DNA of 64,000 bases from Chrysomallon squamiferum (GCA_012295275.1 CM022670.1:11656001-11720000); one strand, 5' to 3'. Counted from the first letter of the stretch, positions 13,769 through 28,188 are shown. Notes: generated by a model not told the origin, from the letters alone. Made by a program: numbers and translations.

Positions 13769-16700
13769 AATAATTCCCGTTTTGCCTCACAAATTCATCT
13801 GATATTAAAACAGAAAATGTTATGATTGTTCTCATCATCGTTTATATCACCTTCACTTTTTCTCTCCTACTTTCATTATCTTTCTCTATTTCATTCATGC
13901 GTGAACCTAATTACACACTGGAAACAGCATGTATATATAATATAATATAATATAATATGATTATATTTATTTATTTATTTATTTATTTATTTATTCTTTA
14001 TCTGAAGACTATATGTTTTATTTTTTATGTAATTTATTTATTTGTTAATTATTATTATTTATTTATTTATTTGAGAGTTTCATTTGATATCTTTTATAAT
14101 TATAAAATTTTGAAATATTTACACTTGAGTCTGGAATGATAATGAAAACTAAACATCAAGAAAAACGAAATTCAGCTGTAACTGTTTTCTTTTGTTTTTA
14201 TTCAGATTTCTGTTTTCTTTTTTTAATAACTAAGTTCACTGTTCAGGGATTTATTTTATTACAGATATACTGATACATGATATTTTTGTGTTTCTTTCAT
14301 GATGCAATAAACTAAGTGAAGTAACAACAAACGATAAAAAGATTAGCTCATTTCCTCTTTAACATCTAGTCAGTCTCGTTTTCACGTCCAATTTGCGCTC
14401 TTCACGCTTTTTACTGGACCGAGGCACGTCAAACTGAAATCAAATATTTTCCATTAATTCGTGTTTTACGTATTCGTCTCCAGTGAAAGGACACATAGTG
14501 TACAAAGGGCATTTAAACCAGTTAAGTAAATACACTCTCAGTGTTACAGTTAATATTCTGCACCTATATCACTAATATACGTTTAAACATTGGTTTTCGT
14601 AAATGTTATTTATGCCTCTTTGTCAGGTTATACTTGTTAAGGAAAATGTGAGTTTTGCATTCCTGATGTTATTCCCATTAAATATATTTTTCTGTCTGGG
14701 TTAAAAGTTTTGAAAAGAAAGTAAAGATCTGAGTTTTCAGCACGTGGTCGGCTTCTGTGAAGTATTTGTTTCTCATTTGAAATAAGCAATGTCGCGAAAA
14801 ACAGACTTGTATTAAAAGAAATAAAAACAAAAACTGAACAGTTAGTGATTTATTTTGATAAAAACTTTCAGTACCTGAATAGCAGAATCCATGTTGGACT
14901 CAGTTATTTCAAAAGCAGTAGAGGTGGCTTTGGTCAAACAGTGGTCTAAGACCATCACATGATCCACAGAAATTTGCAGTTTTAAAGAGAGTTACTTTTC
15001 CTTGTTGTTGGATGTCGCTGTTTCGTTGCAGAGTTGGTAAATGCAAGGGATGGAAGATTTCCCTGACAGAGGGATATATCATCACTGATAAAATGTTACT
15101 GATAAAAAAATAGATGATCTGGAAATTCCAGAGTGTTTGTGTTCAGATTCTAATGTTGTCTCCTATAATTTATCTGATAACAACTTTACACTAGGATTGT
15201 TATACAAGATAATAAGGTCATGGTCATGTCTTTTCTCATGGAATTATTTTATCCATCATAGTTTCTGCTCATAAATATTTCTTCATTAATTTGATGTCTT
15301 AATCTAATAAACAGCATTGAATTTAATATTATAAACTAATGGACATAACCCCACCAAATAATAAAATAATAAAAGAAAATGAAAAAAAAAAAAAAACATT
15401 TAGTGTCAAGAACAGTGTAAAAATTATTAATTTATAATATTGTTACTTTTTGACGTACACCATAACAATAATAAAAAAATGTAATTTAAAAAAAGAAAAA
15501 AGAAAGTGTAAACAAATAAATATTTAAACAGTTTAAAAACATACACACAAGTAAAACATTTGTGTGACCAAGTAGTCTGTATAAGATGAATGTCTTTATC
15601 TGTGAAAGGCAAAGACCTGTTTGCTTCAGTGGAATACTCGAGAGAAAACTAAGTATGACAAACAGATACATCTAGAAGTTAGTCGAAATGCAGCTGACAA
15701 ATTCTTTCCAAAAATCAATGAAATTGGCTGACAGTTCTTTCATCAAGCTTTCAGCACATGAATAACTTTAACACTAATGTGTTTCTGCAAATATAATATA
15801 ATCTCACACACATCACACTTTATCTTTTGTTATTGCAAATATTTATTGCTTGTTTTGACATTTCCGCATTAGTGCTGCCTTTACCTGTGTGAAACCAAAT
15901 GTATTATCCAAACATTGTCCATCATTTAGTGTTCTGAAACCATGGACCTGTCACGCTGTACCTATAGTTCTCATTTGTAAATAACTATTACTTTATCATT
16001 TATAAATCAATTCCTTAACATCCTGTTCTTCTTTATTAGGAAGGACATTGTAGAGGTCTCCATGGTAATGTTAAATTGCTAATTTGGATTATCCTTTGTT
16101 TCTACATCGTTCTCGGCAGATTTAATCTCCAAGCTGAGCAGGAACTGTCAGAAGAAATTATCAAACACACTTGTTATTTTTTTTTGTGTGTGAGGAGAAT
16201 TAACTTTTCAATTACTTGTGTGTTTATTAACAATTCTGCGCAGATCTAAATCTCTTCTGAAGTGTTTTTCAGCACATCTTTTAATACGAACCTTTAATCA
16301 GCCTTGAAACTTGTTTACTTTGTGGCACCTTTTATAATCACCATGTAATATAGTTTTTAATACATCAGCATGCTAATAGATTGCAAAACACAGATAGCAG
16401 TTGACTTGTAGAGATTCAGAGTGTAGAGATAAATACTGGTATCCAGGGACTGATGTGTAAAACATTTTGTCTGAACTTCTTTCTGAGTCAGTTAATCTAC
16501 AAACATGACCTAGACATCAGATAATATGACACCATCTGGCTTTACAAGGCACATTAAAACAATGAATGTTTCTTTGGGGGTATTGTACATGTGGACCTGC
16601 AGTGATGTCCAAAATGTGTATTATATTTCCAAGTTATTGTTTTACATGTTGCAGTCAGTCGTGCATACTAACAGAGTATGACAATAAAACAGAGTTAGTT

Positions 16701-16772
16701 CAAAACACTTGGTTCCATTTATTTTGTTCTGAAGTTGATCAGATCTGTAGCATAGATTTCTTCCAGTAGATT

Positions 16773-16817
<45 letters not shown>

Positions 16818-17810
16818 TTTGCTTGAAATGTACAAGTTCTGACTGGCAATGAAATATGTTGGTTTAAAGTCCTGACAAGCAGCAATGACAATGATTTAAA
16901 ATGAAAGCTGACAGCATCACATCTGACATGTAGGTCATTGGAAATAACATTTTCAGATACTGCAATGTTAAGTTTTTTTTTTTTTTTTTTTTTTTGTAAT
17001 CATAAGGCAAAGATGAAATACAACCAATTTGCCTGTGTCTGTTTTGTCATTGGAATTTTACAATATATCATCATGCAGGATTGACTCCAGTAGTTCGTTT
17101 ATGTACAACTGTTTTTGACAGAGAGGTTTTTGAGTTACTACATATTGTCATTTCTAGTCCTTACAGACAATGGTTTGTTAATTATGTTCAGTAACAACAG
17201 AGACAAAGTAATTGATTGTTCACTGGATGTAAACCCTATGGACAGTCTTGTCTTATTGCTTGGAAGGGCCACGATGACATCACTTGATGTAACACACAAT
17301 GTTAACACTTCTTGTGAAATAGTTTTTTGAGCAATGAAATAAAAATGCACACTCTTACTGTATTGATCTTCATTGTACTGATGTTAAGTACAGAACTCAA
17401 TGATTCCTGCTTTAGGTGTAAATCTAACAATAAATTAATAAGTATTCTGGTTCATAATTATGCCTGTACTCGTTATGTTAATCAAATACAAAAATAATTA
17501 ATTAAGTAAACTAAATAAACTAAATTAAAACAAGAAAAAAAGAAAACAAAATAGCAACACAAACACAAAACTCCTACAGAAAAACTCAAAATAAAAGAAA
17601 AATCAACCCAAAGCATATATATGTGCATGTTCATGTGTGTTTGTGTGTGTGGTCAGTATAAACTATTTCAGTTTATTTAAAACAGTTTCTTTTTGGCATA
17701 ATATCAATAAACTGATTAACAAGTCAGGGTTGATCATGTTGAAAATTGATATGCATTGGTGCATTATGAGTTGTGGGTCATTACCCTTTCTCATATTGGT
17801 AAATGCATAA

Positions 17811-17862
<52 letters not shown>

Positions 17863-18647
17863 CCAGTTCCAATAATCAAAAAGTCATCAAGTGATGTCTG
17901 CAGTTTTATTCAGAGGCTTTGTTATTGTAAACGGATAATAGTGTGTATATCGATGTATAAGTATGTATGTATATGTATATGTATGTGTGTTTGTATATCT
18001 ATGGGTGCATATATATATATACATAATGTGTTGTAATATAACTATTAATAAAGTTGACCAAGTAATTAAGCTAAATAATTACTCACTATTTACAGATGTT
18101 TTAAGGTTTAACAGCTGTTGAAAATAATAGATGTTCTGTTAATCTTCTTTTTTTTTTTTTTTTTTTTAAATGTGATTTATATTAAGCCAGTACTTCTGCT
18201 ATTTATTTAACCTTATTTATCACAAAAATTGAAACATCACACTACCCTGTACATGCCAAAAAAAATAATTATATATATATATATAAATATCTAAAAATGA
18301 TAATATATATACTACAAAGAATTTATGCTAATTATAAATTATGTTAAGATCAGGTTGACAGCCTTAAGTTATGATTTATTTTATAAATGATTCATTAATA
18401 ACAGACGAATTATCAAAATATTAAAACAAGTAACTGTTTGCCTGTTATCAAAACACCAACTGAATTATTCTTTATTCTTTATGGTAATCCATATATTGAA
18501 CAATATTATGTCTAAATTCGTTAACAAGCTCATTGATTAAAAGAGCAGCTGATATTTTTTTTTCCTCATGCCAAATAAGAAATTACTGAGTTTTATTGAT
18601 GTTCCTAATCATTTCTGTGTGCTGCTCTAATGTCAAGTGAATAATCT

Positions 18648-18841
18648 AAAATAATAATAATAATAACAATAATAACAATAACAATAATAACAAAAATAAC
18701 AATGATAATAATAACAATAATAATAAGTATAATAACAATAACAGTAATAACAATAATAATAAAAATAACAAAAATAACAAAGATAATAATAATAATAATA
18801 ACAATAGTAATAATAATAATAACAACAACAATAATAATAAA
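18648..18841. repeat. (AAT/AAC)n compound microsatellite
   Basis: Direct reading; explains the poly-L and poly-Y ORFs. Confidence 0.9.
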
Positions 18842-19639
18842 TGTATCTTGACTTTACAATAAAATTCCATGCAACAACAACACACATGACATTTTATAGT
18901 AATTGTATTGATATATTTTTCATTACGTCAAGACGGTGGTTTGACCTTTAACAAACGCTCTCCTATGTCATTCAGTGTGGACTGCTGAGGATAAGACATA
19001 AAATTAGCCAAACACATTCAGAATCAGGACACAATGGAATAATTTTCTGTTACAGAAACTGTTTCACTGCTGATTTATGTTTTCAGACTGAATATTACGC
19101 AGACTGAATGAGGCACGGCTAATATCTAACACTGGCATTCCATTTCTTGTGACTGCTGTGCACGGAATTGGAGCTAGATGCTTTGCATAAACATTTTTTT
19201 TTTTAAATAGAAGAAAAAGAAATGCACTCTGTTTTTTTTTGGTGATGTTGGAATGACAATGATGATGACCTCCATTGCAGATATTCCTCTACCCCTGGTT
19301 AGACTAAAGATAAGATGCTGCAGGAGATGTTTTGGAATCTCCAGAGCATTGCGGTCATTACTGACTGCAAATTAGTGAATTACTCTTCATCTTTCAGTTC
19401 TTGCTTGGTTTTTCACCCGGTGTCGTCTTGGGACGGAGAGCTTAAATAAAGTAATAGAAACACACGCACAAGCTTGATGTTGTTTCATTTACACTCAAAC
19501 ACCACTGTGTTGGAGAAAAACAAATTTAACATTTACTCTAAGCTCATTCTTCTTTTTTTCTTTTTTTTTTTTTTTTTTTCTTTTACAGTTATAATGGTTC
19601 TTGTAATAAGATACTTTTTTTTTTTTTTTTGGGGACAAA

Positions 19640-19900
19640 TGTAAATCTAAGTGGCTTTTCTTCTTTTTTTTTTTTTAAATTTATTATAATTTTTTGTGTT
19701 GAAATTTATAGTACTTGTAATAGAATATTTTTTTTTAGACGTAAATCTAAGTGGGTTTTTTTTTTTTTTTAAATTTATTATAATTTTTGGTATTGAAATT
19801 TATAACACTTGATATAATAAAACATTTTTTTAGACATTTAAATCTAAGTGGGTATTCTTTTTTTTACTAAATTTTATTTATAATTTTTTATATTGAAATA
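19640..19900. repeat. About 100-bp tandem repeat, roughly 2.6 copies
   Basis: taaatctaagtgg...aaatttattataattttt..tgaaat recurs at about 19642, 19742 and 19838. Confidence 0.85.
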
Positions 19901-20934
19901 TCAGTTTTAAAGGGCAGTATTGGTAATTATTTGCTGTGGTGAAGTGGCTTTTTGGTTTTTTTTTTTCTTTTCTTTTTTTGGTTTCTTGTTTCAGTGAGTT
20001 TCTTTTGTTTGATTATGGTTATAAACATCACAGTAATATTCTTAGACAAAGCTTTAGTGATCAAGTTACTGTCTCTGACTCAGTTACAAGATCCTCAGAC
20101 GTGATTCTGGTGAAAAATAAACTCGTAATACTTTTATTAATTCTGATAATTATTTCAGACTTTTTTCAGGGCTGAATTGGAATTCTTAAATATTATATTA
20201 TACTATACTATACTATTATATTGTGTGTATGTATCTGTATTTGAACATAACATACATACATACATATCTATATACACACACACACACACATACTATACTA
20301 TTACATTGTGTGTATGTATCTCTATTTGAACATACATACATACATACATATCTATATATATATACACATACACACACACATATACATGTGTGTGTGTATG
20401 TATATTACTGATGTTGAAAACTATCTTAGTAGTATTCTAAGGGTGAAGATCAGTAAACTGGTGAGAGAACGTTTCCTCAAACCTGCTCTGATATTTGGAT
20501 GACATGACATGATAACCTTGAAGAGGAAATGATAAACAGTATTTCATTATAAATGACATTTTCTCATGAATCTCTAGACATTGGTTTAAATCAATACCAA
20601 CCAAGAACCTGATAGCAACGATTGAAACTCGATTTCGTTTCGCGCAGGAGAACGACTGCGCCAACGTTTCTTTGAAATATTCTTTGTTTGCTTCATGACT
20701 TAATGCACTGGGAGTTGGTTGTAATATAAACATTACTGAGAAACTGGATGAAATTATAGAGAAATATCATTGGTGTGTTCTGTAAATGTTACAGGACAGT
20801 TCTGAATGTTGCTACTTTGTTAGTGTAAAATAGCAGTATGTTTTGTGTTTGTTTGTATTTGTTTAATAAGTGATTAGTATCTGGTTGTTGCCATCAGTTG
20901 TTGATGATGTAATCATGTATATAATGTATGATTT

Positions 20935-21310
20935 GACACACACACATACACACATACAGATACACACAAAAACACACTCATAAAATACACACACACACAC
21001 ACATACAGATACACACAAACACACACACTCATAAAATACATACACACATACATACACATACACATATAGATACATACATACTCATACATACACCCACATA
21101 TATACACAAATACATATACACACAAACATACATATACATACACATACATACATATACATATACACACATATTCACACATCTACACATATACATACATATA
21201 CACATACACATATACACATTGATACATATACACATAATCACACACAAACACATACATACACACAAACACACATATACACAAATAGACACACACACACACA
21301 TATACATAAC
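20935..21310. repeat. Degenerate (CA/CATA)n microsatellite
   Basis: Direct reading. Confidence 0.9.
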
Positions 21311-21885
21311 AAAAATATTTCTTCTTTTATATTAATTTCCTTTAAATAAACAGCTTTCAAAAATTTAACCAAAGGACATTTATTTTGAAAATTTGTGATG
21401 AATTAGAAGTCACTTGTAAACTGCAGAATAATAAATAAATGTGCTCTGCACTCAGTGTGTACTAGTTAATGTTTAGCAACAACCTATTTTTCATGCAAAA
21501 TACCAGTTATATATGAGAACAGATACTCCATAGCATATGTTGATTCTATTTACATAGATCCATACATAGTGATTTCTAGCTTATCTTTTTTATTTTTTAT
21601 TAAGACGTGTGATTACATCTTCATGACATCATAATACTTACATGGTAATCTACATACACATATGTTCTGACTTGCTCACGGTTTCACAAAACAATCCATG
21701 GATTGTACGTGTCACTGTAATGAATGATAAAAGACTTGATCCATTGTCATTTCTGATACACAGCCTCACAATAAACTTAAACCTGTTGAGCCATTGTCAG
21801 TGAAGAAGCCTGGATAATCTATCTGGGGAGGTGATGGAATGTGAAATCTCAAGATTATTGTATAAATAGTTTTAAACTATATCTA

Positions 21886-21925
<40 letters not shown>

Positions 21926-22221
21926 CAATTTAATTGAACTTTTCAAGATCTGTTTGTGTTCTGACAAGACATTTTCACTGCTAATTGCTTAATCATTTGC
22001 AAGTGACATGATGTAAAAAGTTATAAATATTTCATAACTACCATTTTATTGTCATATTTTGATATTGTCAATGATTGGTTTAAAAAAAAAAAAAAAAAGC
22101 ATAAAAATAAATTAACCATTTGCAATTATTTTTGTATTTTTTTTTTTTTTTTAATATATATGAATTTTTTTTTTTTTAAAGAGATTTATGTTATATAACA
22201 TCTCACACACATTCATGTATG

Positions 22222-22252
<31 letters not shown>

Positions 22253-22789
22253 AAACACACAGACACACACACACACACACAGACAAAAATGTGTGAGTGT
22301 TTTTGACCGTGCGTCTGTCAGTTGTAACATATTGTGCACATGACATTATAATATATCCCCCATCCATCTTGTCATGAACAGATAACTGGTGTGGACCAAA
22401 TCAATTTCCCTATAATTGTTCCAGACTGCCAAGCACTGACACACATTTCCAGATTTCAGCCAAAGTCTTGATCACTCTGTGGATACCAAGACATCTCAGA
22501 GATGACTGCACTTTGCAAACACAGGGAAGTGATCATTCACTGTCTACAGTCATGCATACAGGCTGAAATGTTATGAATATTAATGCCGAAGAGAAGGTAT
22601 AATTTAGATTAGCACCATCATCCACATCAAATGACTGTAATCTGCAAAAAGCATAATCACTGTGTTTTGTTTAACCTCCAATGCGAGTCTGTGAGACAGA
22701 GTATTAATGAATTACCGTTGCTGCACACAGTACTGGTTTGTAGGTGTGCATTTTGATAATCTGCTCAATCTGTTTATTTCTCTGATTGG

Positions 22790-23270
22790 TTTATAATTTT
22801 AGGGATATGTCCTGTGTTTTGGACAGGATACAATTTTTTGGGATACCTTAATGTTTTGGGTAGGATTACAGTTTTAGGGATATTTCATGTTTTGGACTGG
22901 GTATTTAGCTGGATATATATATATATATATTATTCAGAACATATTTTGTACTGGATATAATTTCAGGCATATTTCATGTTTTGGACTGGGATATATTTTG
23001 TACTATTTTTCAGGGTATTTTAGCTGGATATATATATATATATATATATATTCAGTTTTTTGATGGAACAATTTCAGGCATATTTTATGTTTTGGACTGG
23101 GTTTTAGCTGGATATATATATATATATATATTCAGAACTGTTTTGTACTGGATATAATTTTAGGCATTTTCATGTTTTGGACTCCATTTTCCTTATATAT
23201 ATATATATATTATCATATCCTCAAAACATATTTTGGATATAATTTCAGGCTGGGATTTTTGTTTTTTATG
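22790..23270. repeat. Degenerate minisatellite with embedded (TA)n
   Basis: Recurrent tgttttggactggg / ttagctggatatata / ggatataatttcaggcat modules. Confidence 0.8.
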
Positions 23271-23504
23271 TTTTGTCAAAACAAAATAAAATTTTAAGCT
23301 TGAAATGTGACTGTTAGAAACAAAATATTTTCCTTTCTTCACAAAGATAATATAATCAGAAAAGAAAATAAAAAAATAAATTCAAAAAGCTTAAATGTTT
23401 ATAGTAGTTGGAAAATATATAAAAAGATTATAAAATAATAATAATAATTTATGTATCATAATATAATAATAATAATAATAATAAATATATAAAAAGTAAA
23501 AAAA

Positions 23505-23535
<31 letters not shown>

Positions 23536-23941
23536 CATAATGTATGTGTGTGTATGTGTATATGTGTGTGTGTATGTGTATATATATATATATGAATGCA
23601 GGTTAAAAGGTTAAAGGTAATCAATCTTAGGGGATCTAGATAATTATTTAATATGTAAATACTACATTTTAATCAAAATAATTAGTTAATATTATTTTCA
23701 TGTCTATTATAAAAATGATTATTATTATTATTTTTTTTCTGTATATTCTTTATTATTTTCACTGTTCCTTTTATATTCCTAAGTGTCTACTGTTTTAAAG
23801 CTATACTGAAACACCTGAAATTAATAATGAAATTATAAATTCATTTTTTTGTGTTTCTTTAACTTTAATATTATTTTTGAAATAATTTTTATTTATTTTT
23901 TAAGAGAATAGTAAGAATAGTTAATGCTAATATTATTATTA

Positions 23942-24026
<85 letters not shown>

Positions 24027-24446
24027 CATTTTTAAAAATAAACTTTGATCAACGATAGGAAAATTTTTTAAATTTCTCTATAATTTGAGGTTTGTTTTTG
24101 TTGGAAGTGGCTGTTTTACAAGATTAACATAACACTGTGCAGGCACATCCAATCAATTCTAACACGTTCTTGTTACTTAGCAATGTTAAAGATCAGATGC
24201 ACTTTACTCTAAACGCTGCTAAATCTAAATGTTTAAAGTGGTTATCTGAAACGAAAATTGACTGTTGCTGCAGCAGCAACTTTGAAAGGAGCATAACAAA
24301 ATAATCCATTAATTGAGAATGTGTAAAAAGTGATATTTGTACATCTTCGTGTTTTTTTCTGATATTCATCTCCTGTTGATCTTTCGTGGTGAATAAGCTA
24401 ATCAGGACTTCAAAATCCACTCAGTTTTGATAGCTTAAAAATGTAA

Positions 24447-24481
<35 letters not shown>

Positions 24482-24981
24482 TATATGTTTAAAAAATTAA
24501 TAACAAATGGAAATTAACCTTTATTTGGAATAATCTGTACAAATTACGTTTGTTTATAATTTCATATTCTGTTTGTTGAATGTTTTGACTGCATGCTACC
24601 TCTGTGCACTGTATAAATGTCTGAACATCTCTTTTATATTGTATTGAAATTGATTTTTTCATTTGTAAACACTGAATTGAATTAGCTTGCTCTTTAACTT
24701 CACTCTTTAAAGCATTCATATCATTTTAGTAACAAGTAATTTGATAATTTTTGTAAATTTCAGCTTTATTTTTCTTTTTTCTTTTTCTTTCATTTTTTTA
24801 TGTCTTCAGAATCTTGCCTGTTTTATTAATAAATTATGACAGCATGATGAGAATTTTTGAAGCCTGCCATTAAATTTATTTTTCTTTTATATTTGCCAAA
24901 TTACATCCCTGAATATATAAAAAAAAATCTAAACATTTTCATAAAGTTTTCAGGCTTTAATAACTATTGCAGTTATATACA

Positions 24982-25013
<32 letters not shown>

Positions 25014-25409
25014 AAATTAGTTTGGTGAAAAAAAAAAAAATTGTGTTCAGTAAATCTTTTATACCAGCAAGATCCTATAGGTTATATGAAATATATTTAC
25101 AGAGAGTAATATTTTTAAACATATAATTTACATTTACATGAAAACTTCATGAAAACCATTAGAAAAACAAGCAAGAGTAAAACTGACAAAGTCCAATAAG
25201 CTTAAATTTTGTTTGATTTAATGATTCAGCCTTTGCATATCTGCTGTTTCATACACTAGAACATTAAATGATAAATGTTGGTAGGAGAAAAGTAGACTAG
25301 AGATGGGTATTTTTTATGAACTTTATGCTTGTTCCATAATTTGCTGAGAATTCACAGAAATCCATCTACAGCTGTACAGAAATAAATGGCTGTACTTCCT
25401 TCATAGTTC

Positions 25410-25610
25410 AATTTTTTTTATCAATGAATTGTGAAAAAAAAAAAAAAAAAAGGCTGTTCTTCAAACATTATTAAACACAAATTATATTTTTTCCACTACT
25501 AAAATATTTTTTTTTATCAATGAAGTTGAAAAAAAAAAAAAAAAATGGCTGGTCTTCAAACATTATTAAACACAAATTATATGTTTCCCCACTACTAAAA
25601 TATTTTTTTA
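25410..25610. repeat. About 95-bp tandem duplication
   Basis: tttttatcaatgaa..(A)n..ggctg..tcttcaaacattattaaacacaaattatat..ccactactaaaatatttttt occurs twice. Confidence 0.85.
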
Positions 25611-25884
25611 AATAAATTAACTTTTAATCACAAATTTTCAACCACATTCATGATAAATATTTTTCAATTTTTTAAAATTCTTTACAGTCTATACATTGTT
25701 AAAAAAAAAAAAAAAACCTCAATAAATCATGTGTTAGCAAAGAATGACACCCTTTAAGCTGATCACTGATTTTGGTATATGCAACAGTTGTTGTTCATCC
25801 ATTCATTACTAAAGATACGTATTATCCTGCATGAAGCTAAATGTAGTGTTTAAGCACTGAATGCCTGTTTTGCTGTGTTTTCAG

Positions 25885-26018
25885 CTGCTCAGCATCCGAG
25901 TGGGCTGTCTTCCTGGAAGTGCTGTGGAACAGTTTCTGAGGAAAGTGCAGAACCGACTTGCAGACTGGTCGTCTCGATGGAAAGTTAAGAAAACAGACAT
26001 TGGCATCAGAATGGTCAT
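25885..26018 (+). CDS. GRIN3: GluN3-type NMDA receptor, visible exon 3 (S2 start)
   Basis: Acceptor tttcag|CTG, donor AT|gttagt (phase 2). LLSIRVGCLPGSAVEQFL...GIRMV. Confidence 0.9.
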
Positions 26019-26144
26019 GTTAGTATTGACGCTTTGTTGCTTTTTTTCGTACACAGTTTGTTTTAGTTTTAACTGTAAATGGAGTTACTAACTTACTCCT
26101 GTGTTTGTTTTTAGTATTATCCCTAATATTCAGTTTGTCTTGAA

Positions 26145-26612
26145 ATTCATTCATTCATTCATTCATTCATCTATAATCTATCAGTCCATCATCATCCATT
26201 TATTATTTATTAGGTCATGCCCATCCATCCATTCATCCATCCATCCAGTCATTCATCCATCCATCCATCCATTCATCCATCCATATCATCCATTTATTCA
26301 TCCATCCATCCATCCATCCATCCATCCATCCATCCATCCATCCATCCATCCATCCATCCATCCATCCATTTCCATTCATCTATCCATCCATCCATTCATT
26401 CATCCATCCATCCATCCATCCATCCATCCATCCATCCATTCATTCATCCATTCATCCATCCATCCATCCATCCATCCATTCCCATTCATTCATTCATTCA
26501 TCCATTCATTCATCCATTCATTCATTCCATCCATTCATCCATCCATTCATCCATCCATCCATCCATCCATTCATCCATTCATCCATCCATCCATCCATCC
26601 ATGGAGTCATTC
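26145..26612. repeat. (CCAT/TCAT)n tetranucleotide array
   Basis: Direct reading; explains the HPSI-repeat ORFs. Confidence 0.95.
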
Positions 26613-28006
26613 ATGCATTGCTTGTTGCTCCACTAAAACGAAGAGAGAAATGGAATTTATTTACTTTTTCTAATGTTACTAAATACTATTTAATTTAGGA
26701 ACGCAGCATGGACAACAAACGCCAAATGAACTGAGTCTTCCAAAGAAAAAAAACGTAGTGCCGAAAGCAGAATTAATGTTTATAAAAATGAAAAAAAAAC
26801 CTCTACCCTTACAACAACATCCAGCAATTATTGTATAATACTAATGTAAACACATTAAATGTGTGAATGTATGAGAATCAATAGGAGCAAAGTGCCTGCA
26901 TGTGCAGCTACATTGTGAACCTTAATTAACAGCTTTCGTCTCACCGAGTACACACAATGTGCAATTGTAACCTCAGTGTTTTCAGAGAAAACAAAAGTTA
27001 CATTTAGTAAACACGTTTGATTTGTATGTGCTCAAGCATTGCCAGAGCCAGAATTTTCAGTCCTTATCAGATATTCTCAAGTTTGATGCTGCTAATGATT
27101 TTTTTTTTTTTATTGTTGTTGTTGTTGTTTTGTTATGGTTAATAATAATAATAGTAATAATAATAATAATAATATAAAAATTGTAATGATGATGATGGCA
27201 ATGCTGATAATATATCAGTTTGTATTGCTCAGTAATAATACTAAAATTTCAAACTTGTTTGTTTAAAATAATTGAGTGATTGACTAATGATGAAATTTTA
27301 TGATTTACATGTAATGCATTTGATTAAATGGTTTAATATAGTTTATCAACTCTTGTAGTTGAAAATACTAAAGGCAAGAAGTGTTTTAAAATGTAGTTTA
27401 AAAACTACCACATGTGTGTGTGTGTGTGTGTGTTTATTGCCTCTGTGTGTTATCTGTGTGACTAGAATTAATTATTACTTTTGTTTTAGTTGATTTTTTG
27501 TTTAATTTTATTTTTTTGTTTTATTACTTTTGTATTTTTTTTATTTAACATAAAATAAAATAATAAATTACAGTAGTTTAATTTAAAATAGCTAAATATT
27601 TCATTTTTTCACTTCTTTTTACTGAATTCAATTTATTTTATTTTTATTTATCATCATTATCTAAACTTTGTTTTTCAGAGAAGAAAAGCTGGATGCTTAT
27701 ATTATTTTTATCATCATTAATCATCATCACAATCATCTCATAAATAATATTACTATGTTGTTTTCAAAAAAAAAAAAAAAACAGAGGGTGTTTTTTTTGT
27801 TGATATAAATAGTTTATTATTATTAATGGACTTAGTGATGTAGACCTAACTTAGTTATCTACCCATGTTTTAACTCTTTAATTACACATTACAGCATTTT
27901 CGTCCCTATCAGATATCTCGTGTATCTCCTGGTGATTAATACTGACAGTGTGTTGTTAGTTCTCTCTCTCAAGAAATTTCTCTGCAAACTGAATTTTCTA
28001 TTTCAG

Positions 28007-28157
28007 AGAAGGAAAGCTGGATGCTTATTTGGGAGATTACCCTATTTTAGACTATGCAAGAGCTCATTTAGCACCAAACTGTGAACTCAAGCTTTTGTCA
28101 CAAGTGTTCGGAGATGACAGATACGGCATTGGGATTCCAAAAGGATCACCACTCAAA
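28007..28157 (+). CDS. GRIN3: GluN3-type NMDA receptor, visible exon 4 (S2)
   Basis: Acceptor tttcag|A, donor AAA|gtatgt. EGKLDAYLGDYPILDY...NCEL...FGDDRYGIGIPKGSPLK. Not in the ORF track. Confidence 0.93.
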
Positions 28158-28188
28158 GTATGTCACTGTTATTAATGTGTCTTGCTTA

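Larger units (their letters stand above)
14340..22790. pseudogene. Decayed cadherin-repeat coding remnants filling the 12.3-kb GluN3 intron
   Basis: + strand: RIDSS..TVFDRE/SYYILSFLVLTDNG...LDVN (17077-17234), KGHIVYKGHLNQLSKYTLSVTV (about 14485-14551), ANLDY (16078-16092), HYELWVI (17762-17782), GNDKQYFIIN (20525-20554), SLDNLSGEV (21807-21833). - strand: NAKLTFSL (14661-14638), FDVDDGAN (22631-22608), VNDHFPVF (22540-22517), DQDFG*N (22473-22453). Confidence 0.58.

Noticed and set aside
24193-24910. Two - strand ORFs with splice-like borders, as a nested gene
   Set aside because: Frames do not join, stops intervene and no family is recognisable.
26101-26673. 190-aa and 139-aa HPSI-repeat ORFs
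   Set aside because: Translation of (CCAT)n.
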